NCBI GenBank assembly: GCA_044376115.1
Contig: JBILLK010000004.1
Span: 352,001 to 416,000 of the forward strand
Source of the DNA: Polyangiaceae bacterium
GTDB taxonomy: Bacteria > Myxococcota_A > Polyangia > Polyangiales > Polyangiaceae
DNA: 64,000 nucleotides
Direction of reading: 5' to 3'
The notes beneath the pieces are model-generated. The model searched no databases, was not told where the DNA came from, and worked only from the letters and a program-made list of their open reading frames with translations. Shown here piece after piece: positions 59,759 to 64,000 of this stretch. How positions within the stretch are numbered: the first letter of the stretch is position 1; each line of letters opens with the position of its first letter. A program made the position numbers and the translations under genes.

Positions 59759-62056
59759 TCAGCGCGCGGGCGAAGGCAGCTTGCTCGCAGCGAGCGCAGC
59801 GCCACACACGAAGAAGCCGAGCGCAGCCAGCAGAAACAGGAACGCGTTGCCGGCATAAAGCGCCAACAAAGGTCCGAGGCTCAGCGCCACCGCAGCTCCC
59901 AGCGCCCCGGCGAAGAGGCCATGGGAGGGCTCGGTCTCGGAGATGTTGCCCCAAAACGGCATCAGTAGCACGCTCAGCTTGCCCACGCCCCAGCCCCAAA
60001 AGCCGGAGAGCAGCACAACCCACAACACGCGCAGCACGAGCGGGCCGCCCTCGAGCGCGGTAGCCAGGAGGCCGATCAGCAACGAGCACACCACCGCTGC
60101 GATGCTGGCCAAGAGCGCCGTTCGTACCGGGGTCAGACTGCGCATCGGTCGTCGCGTAAGCGCCGAGAGCGCGGCAGCACCCAAGAACGACGGAAGCACC
60201 ACCATGAGGGCGTAATGTTGCCCACCGATGAGCGACGTCAAACGCCCGACCAGCGCTTGCTCAACCAGGGCCACACCGAAGCCACCAGCGGCAAAGCTCA
60301 AGAGCGCGCCCCAGCCGAGCATCGTGCGCTTTGAGCTTCTGAGCACCGCAACGCTGCGAAGAGCGACGAAGATCAACGCGAGCGCCGCGAGGAACTGCCA
60401 TTGCACCGCCGGAAAGGCCGCGACCGGCCCTGCGGCGAAGGCGCGTCGCGGCGAGACCGCCAACGCAACCAACTCGGCGAACGGGCGCTCCAAAAAGAAG
60501 CCAGGGCTGTCGTCGCTGGGCACCGAAACGCGCGCGCGCGCCGTCTTGTCGAAGGGCCGCAGCACGGCCGCCTCGAGCAGCTCTTGGTTCTGCAGATCGG
60601 GCGCAAAGACCTCATTGAAGCGCTGGCCTGCACAATAATCACGGAGCCGACCGAGCTCCTCTTGGCTCAGCGCGCTGCGTTTGATCACCAGCGCTGTCGA
60701 GCCGCTGTGTGAGCAGGCATAGAGGTGACGCTTTGCCTCCGGCCCAAGTTCGGCCGCTGCCAAACGGAGCAGCTTGCCGAGATCCGGATCCCAACGGCGG
60801 ACCACCAACAGCCCGTCCGCCGAGAGCGCGTCGAGGAAGCTGCGAAACGCCTCGCGCGTGAAGAGCGTCGTCTCGGCCGCGGCCAGACCTCGCGCATGCG
60901 GGACAACGCCCGAGTCGATGCCGGGCACCACGATCACGTCGAAGCGCTCGTCGGCTGCGCTCACAAAGCTGCGCGGGTCGGCCCCGATCAAAGAGACCTC
61001 CGGCCGGCTGAAAAGCTGATTCATCTGCTCGGCGAGCTTGCCGCTCAACACCGCGGAGCGGAGAGCTGCGTTGGGTTCGACCGCCACCACCTGCGTGCGA
61101 CCAGCGTCGAGCGCCGCGCGAACATCGCGGCCGTGACCCGCCCCCAGCACCAAGATCGGCCCGTCGCTTTGGACCGCCGCATACGCCATATGCTCCGGCA
61201 ACTTGGGCGCGGCGCGCTGCGTGTGAACCGCCGTGCGGTTGCCATCCGTTGCGACCCAGGCAAAGCCCGTCGACGCTGGCTTATCCATGCTCAAGAGGCC
61301 GCTGCTCGACCATTGGAGCAAGACGGTGCGCGAGACGCTGAGCGTGCGCAACTTGGGCGCCTCGAGCCAGGTCTCGCCGTAGTCGCCCCACAGCAACATC
61401 AAGCCCGCGAGAAAGAACGCCGCAGACTGAAAGCCTGTGGTTCGCCGTTCCGCTGCGGAGGTCAACGCGCTGCGCGAGAGCGAAACCGCAAACAACACCG
61501 CGGCCAGCCCAAATCCGCATGAAAATAGCAGACCAGCGCGGGGTGCGCCGAGTGAAAGCAGCGCCATCGCCAACGGCCCGCCGACCAACATGCCGAGCCC
61601 ATCGGTGGCAAAGAAGCTCGCCCGAGCGGAAGCCCGGCGCGAGCAGAGCACGCCGAAGACAAACCCCTTCAGTACAAAGGCGGGCAGGCTCAAGCACAGA
61701 AGCTCGAAGAACTCACGCCAGGTCGCGCTCTCCGGATCTCCGAGCTTGGAGCGCAGTCCCATGATCACCGCCACCACGCCGAAGACGGTGCCAAAGCCAC
61801 TGCAACCGACCAGCCGCTTGGCCAGCGGGGTCGCGGACTTGGGCCTCAGCAGCGGCACCGCCAACAGCCCGAGCGCCGACCCCCATAGCGGCAAGGCCAG
61901 CGCCAGCGGCGCAAGCTCCTTGCCCAAGGCCACCGAATAGAGCCGCGCCAACACCGTCGACAGACCGGTGGTGGAGAGCGAAAGCGTAAACAAGCCCGCC
62001 AGTGCGAGGGCTCGCTCGCCGCTCATGGGAGCACTTTCAGCGGGGGAGTCAGCCAT
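59759..62056 (-). CDS. Multi-pass membrane protein with spermidine-synthase-like SAM-binding domain
   Basis: About 7 N-terminal TMs, ILVLGAGHGRDV, VAVEPN, DPRSFV..FDVI, LFTREAF..L..DGLL, PSDDSP, about 6 C-terminal TMs. Confidence 0.75.
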   Translation of the reverse strand: MADSPAESAPMSGERALALAGLFTLSLSTTGLSTVLARLYSVALGKELAPLALALPLWGSALGLLAVPLLRPKSATPLAKRLVGCSGFGTVFGVVAVIMGLRSKLGDPESATWREFFELLCLSLPAFVLKGFVFGVLCSRRASARASFFATDGLGMLVGGPLAMALLSLGAPRAGLLFSCGFGLAAVLFAVSLSRSALTSAAERRTTGFQSAAFFLAGLMLLWGDYGETWLEAPKLRTLSVSRTVLLQWSSSGLLSMDKPASTGFAWVATDGNRTAVHTQRAAPKLPEHMAYAAVQSDGPILVLGAGHGRDVRAALDAGRTQVVAVEPNAALRSAVLSGKLAEQMNQLFSRPEVSLIGADPRSFVSAADERFDVIVVPGIDSGVVPHARGLAAAETTLFTREAFRSFLDALSADGLLVVRRWDPDLGKLLRLAAAELGPEAKRHLYACSHSGSTALVIKRSALSQEELGRLRDYCAGQRFNEVFAPDLQNQELLEAAVLRPFDKTARARVSVPSDDSPGFFLERPFAELVALAVSPRRAFAAGPVAAFPAVQWQFLAALALIFVALRSVAVLRSSKRTMLGWGALLSFAAGGFGVALVEQALVGRLTSLIGGQHYALMVVLPSFLGAAALSALTRRPMRSLTPVRTALLASIAAVVCSLLIGLLATALEGGPLVLRVLWVVLLSGFWGWGVGKLSVLLMPFWGNISETEPSHGLFAGALGAAVALSLGPLLALYAGNAFLFLLAALGFFVCGAALAASKLPSPAR

Positions 62057-62130
62057 AGATCGATGAGCCTAGCCAAGCAGCGCGCGAACTCGAGCGAACG
62101 TGTTAACGCAGTTCGCGCCGCTTGCCTACG

Positions 62131-63561
62131 TCACCGCGCGCGCAAAAGGCCAGAACCGCCAGCAGCCCGCCCCTGCCGGTAGGCGCGCTCGCACTCGGCG
62201 GTCGAAAGGCGACGTGGACCGAAGGCGCCGGCCAGCACCGCGTCGGCGTCCATCAAGAAGGTCGGCGTATCCAGGCCGAAGTCGTCGGTGTGGCCCGGCT
62301 GATCGAGCAAAATGTGCCCGAGCTCGTGGGCCAAGGTGAAGGACGCATGACCGACCCGAAAGGCGGCTCGGTCCTGAATCAGCACGTTGCGAATGGCGCC
62401 GTGCTCGAGCCCGATGAACGACTCGCCAATGCGCGCTTCACCGCGAAAAGCTGGGATCACCAGCACCTCGATGGTGGTCGGGTCCCCGTCTTCCACCGAG
62501 CGGACGAGGAGCCGTTCTTCCATCGTTCCGACCAGCGAATCGGCGTCGGAGAAGTGACGCAAGCCGTTGCTTAGGTCGACCTCCGGCACACACAGCGACA
62601 ACGCCGGGTCGGAGGAGAGCGGGTGGCTGGGCGAAGCGCTCAGTTTGGCGAACTTGCCTTGCTTGGTCCGAACCACCAAATCGGTCGAACCGAGCGACAT
62701 CCCCTGGGGACGCGGGTTGTCGGTGAGCGAAGGGACAAAGCCCGCTTTGGTGAGCGCAGCCGCGACGCGCCGTGCGGCCGAGCGCGGCGAACTTCCGGGC
62801 GCGACCGGCACCTGAAACTCCCGACCATCCGCGCGAAAGGAGAAGGTCCCACCCAGCGCCGGAGCGGGCAACTCGCAACCAACGCTGAGCATGAACGGCG
62901 ACGGCGGATCGTGAACCGCGAGCTGCTTGTCGGGCTCGTCGAAGGCGATACCGCATGCCCCCCAAATAGCCTCGGCCCGTTCGATCTCGCGAGCCAGCAC
63001 GACCGCGGGCTGCGCGAGCGAGACAGGGCCGCCCTCGGTCACGCGAAATACGTGCAACCGCAGGCTTGCCTCGGTCTCCACTGCGCCGCCCGAGACAGGC
63101 ACGCTCAAGAGCTCCCGGCCGCCCTGTAGCACCCGTAACAGGCCGCCAGCGTGAGCGATCAACGAGCGCCGCTCGAGCAGCGGATGCTCTTTGTCGACCG
63201 CATCGATCACCAAACGAATCGGCTCGCTCGCGAAACACGCGCCACCGTCTTCGGACGCGCACTCCACGCGCTTCGACGTCACGAGCAGCCGGTCCACCGT
63301 TTCACCGCTGGCGGACTGCGATTCGAAGGTCACGCTCTCGGCGGCCACAGCCGTGGCCGACGGGACGCGATACTCGACGCGGTAGCTCTCGAGGTCTTCG
63401 GCAAACGGCGAAGTCGGCGGCGTATGCGCCAGGTGCACGGCCAGTACGCGCGCGGCGTCACGCGTTTGAACGACCTTCGCGTCGTTCGACGTCGGCTGCG
63501 CGCTGGCAAGAAACGCCGGCAACAGCAGCGAACTAGCGAGCCACGGCGCCCAGCGAGGCAT
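62131..63561 (-). CDS. Secreted protein with C-terminal zinc-metallopeptidase motif
   Basis: Signal peptide ..ASA; TLAHELGHILLDQPGH followed by FLMD. Confidence 0.65.
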   Translation of the reverse strand: MPRWAPWLASSLLLPAFLASAQPTSNDAKVVQTRDAARVLAVHLAHTPPTSPFAEDLESYRVEYRVPSATAVAAESVTFESQSASGETVDRLLVTSKRVECASEDGGACFASEPIRLVIDAVDKEHPLLERRSLIAHAGGLLRVLQGGRELLSVPVSGGAVETEASLRLHVFRVTEGGPVSLAQPAVVLAREIERAEAIWGACGIAFDEPDKQLAVHDPPSPFMLSVGCELPAPALGGTFSFRADGREFQVPVAPGSSPRSAARRVAAALTKAGFVPSLTDNPRPQGMSLGSTDLVVRTKQGKFAKLSASPSHPLSSDPALSLCVPEVDLSNGLRHFSDADSLVGTMEERLLVRSVEDGDPTTIEVLVIPAFRGEARIGESFIGLEHGAIRNVLIQDRAAFRVGHASFTLAHELGHILLDQPGHTDDFGLDTPTFLMDADAVLAGAFGPRRLSTAECERAYRQGRAAGGSGLLRAR

Positions 63562-63564
63562 CCT

Positions 63565-63999
63565 TCATTCGCTCCAGCCGCACTGCACCCGACGAAAGTT
63601 GGAGCCCGAGAGCACCGTCATGGGTTCTTTGGCACGGCTCGCGAGCAGCACCAGCGTGCTCCAAGCCAAGGCCGTCAGGTCCTCCGACTCAACCAGCTCG
63701 GTAGCATCGGCGACAGCCCGTTCACGCTCCCCGAGCTCCCACAAACAAGCGGCCGACAGCGCTCGCAGCGCCTCCGAGCTGGAGACCCGCGAGGCCTCGA
63801 TCGCTTCGGCTGCGTAGCTTGGGCGACCGTAGCGCCGCACCAGCTCGGTCGCCGCACGGACGGCGATCTCATCGCCGAGCGGCCGAGCGCGCACCAACGC
63901 CTCGAGCATCGGCTTGGCCTCTGGCACAGCGTGCTCGGCCATGCGGAAGAGGAAGGAAGCATCACGGTCTGCGCTCGGCCGATGCGAGAGACGCGCAAC
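63565..63999 (-). CDS. Hypothetical alpha-helical protein, C-terminal part (5' end outside window)
   Basis: Frame is open to the window end; stop lies 3 bp before the next gene's start. Confidence 0.6.
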   Translation of the reverse strand, partial: VARLSHRPSADRDASFLFRMAEHAVPEAKPMLEALVRARPLGDEIAVRAATELVRRYGRPSYAAEAIEASRVSSSEALRALSAACLWELGERERAVADATELVESEDLTALAWSTLVLLASRAKEPMTVLSGSNFRRVQCGWSE

Positions 64000-64000
64000 C

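Overview
GC-rich (roughly two-thirds G+C by eye) bacterial chromosomal segment with about 50 genes. The gene content points to a myxobacterium (Myxococcota, probably Polyangiales): many Cys/Gly-rich lipoproteins, a Ser/Thr kinase-PEGA module, an ECF-FecR triad and a DUF1592/DUF1552 pair. Housekeeping genes are ligA, rpsB-tsf and a B12-dependent acyl-CoA mutase cluster (icmF, a single-chain beta+alpha methylmalonyl-CoA mutase, meaB). Most notable: (1) a tightly coupled six-gene operon of PAS histidine kinase, roadblock/MglB-like protein, ODP-like di-iron protein, receiver-DUF4388-like protein, OmpA-domain protein and membrane coiled-coil roadblock protein, with no GTPase or chemoreceptor; (2) a CarH/LitR-like regulator whose B12 domain lacks both cobalt-ligating histidines (H->R, H->Y), divergent from ubiB-like and tspO genes, with 9-bp direct repeats; (3) a CheA-like kinase coupled to a cytochrome c peroxidase with a third, C-terminal heme; (4) a Tat-lipoprotein caspase-like protease with tandem Tudor-like domains. 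Five accessory loci carry lesions (two in-frame TAA, two frameshifts, one deletion junction). No rRNA, tRNA, CRISPR array or mobile element was seen. All family calls are by motif recognition, not database search.
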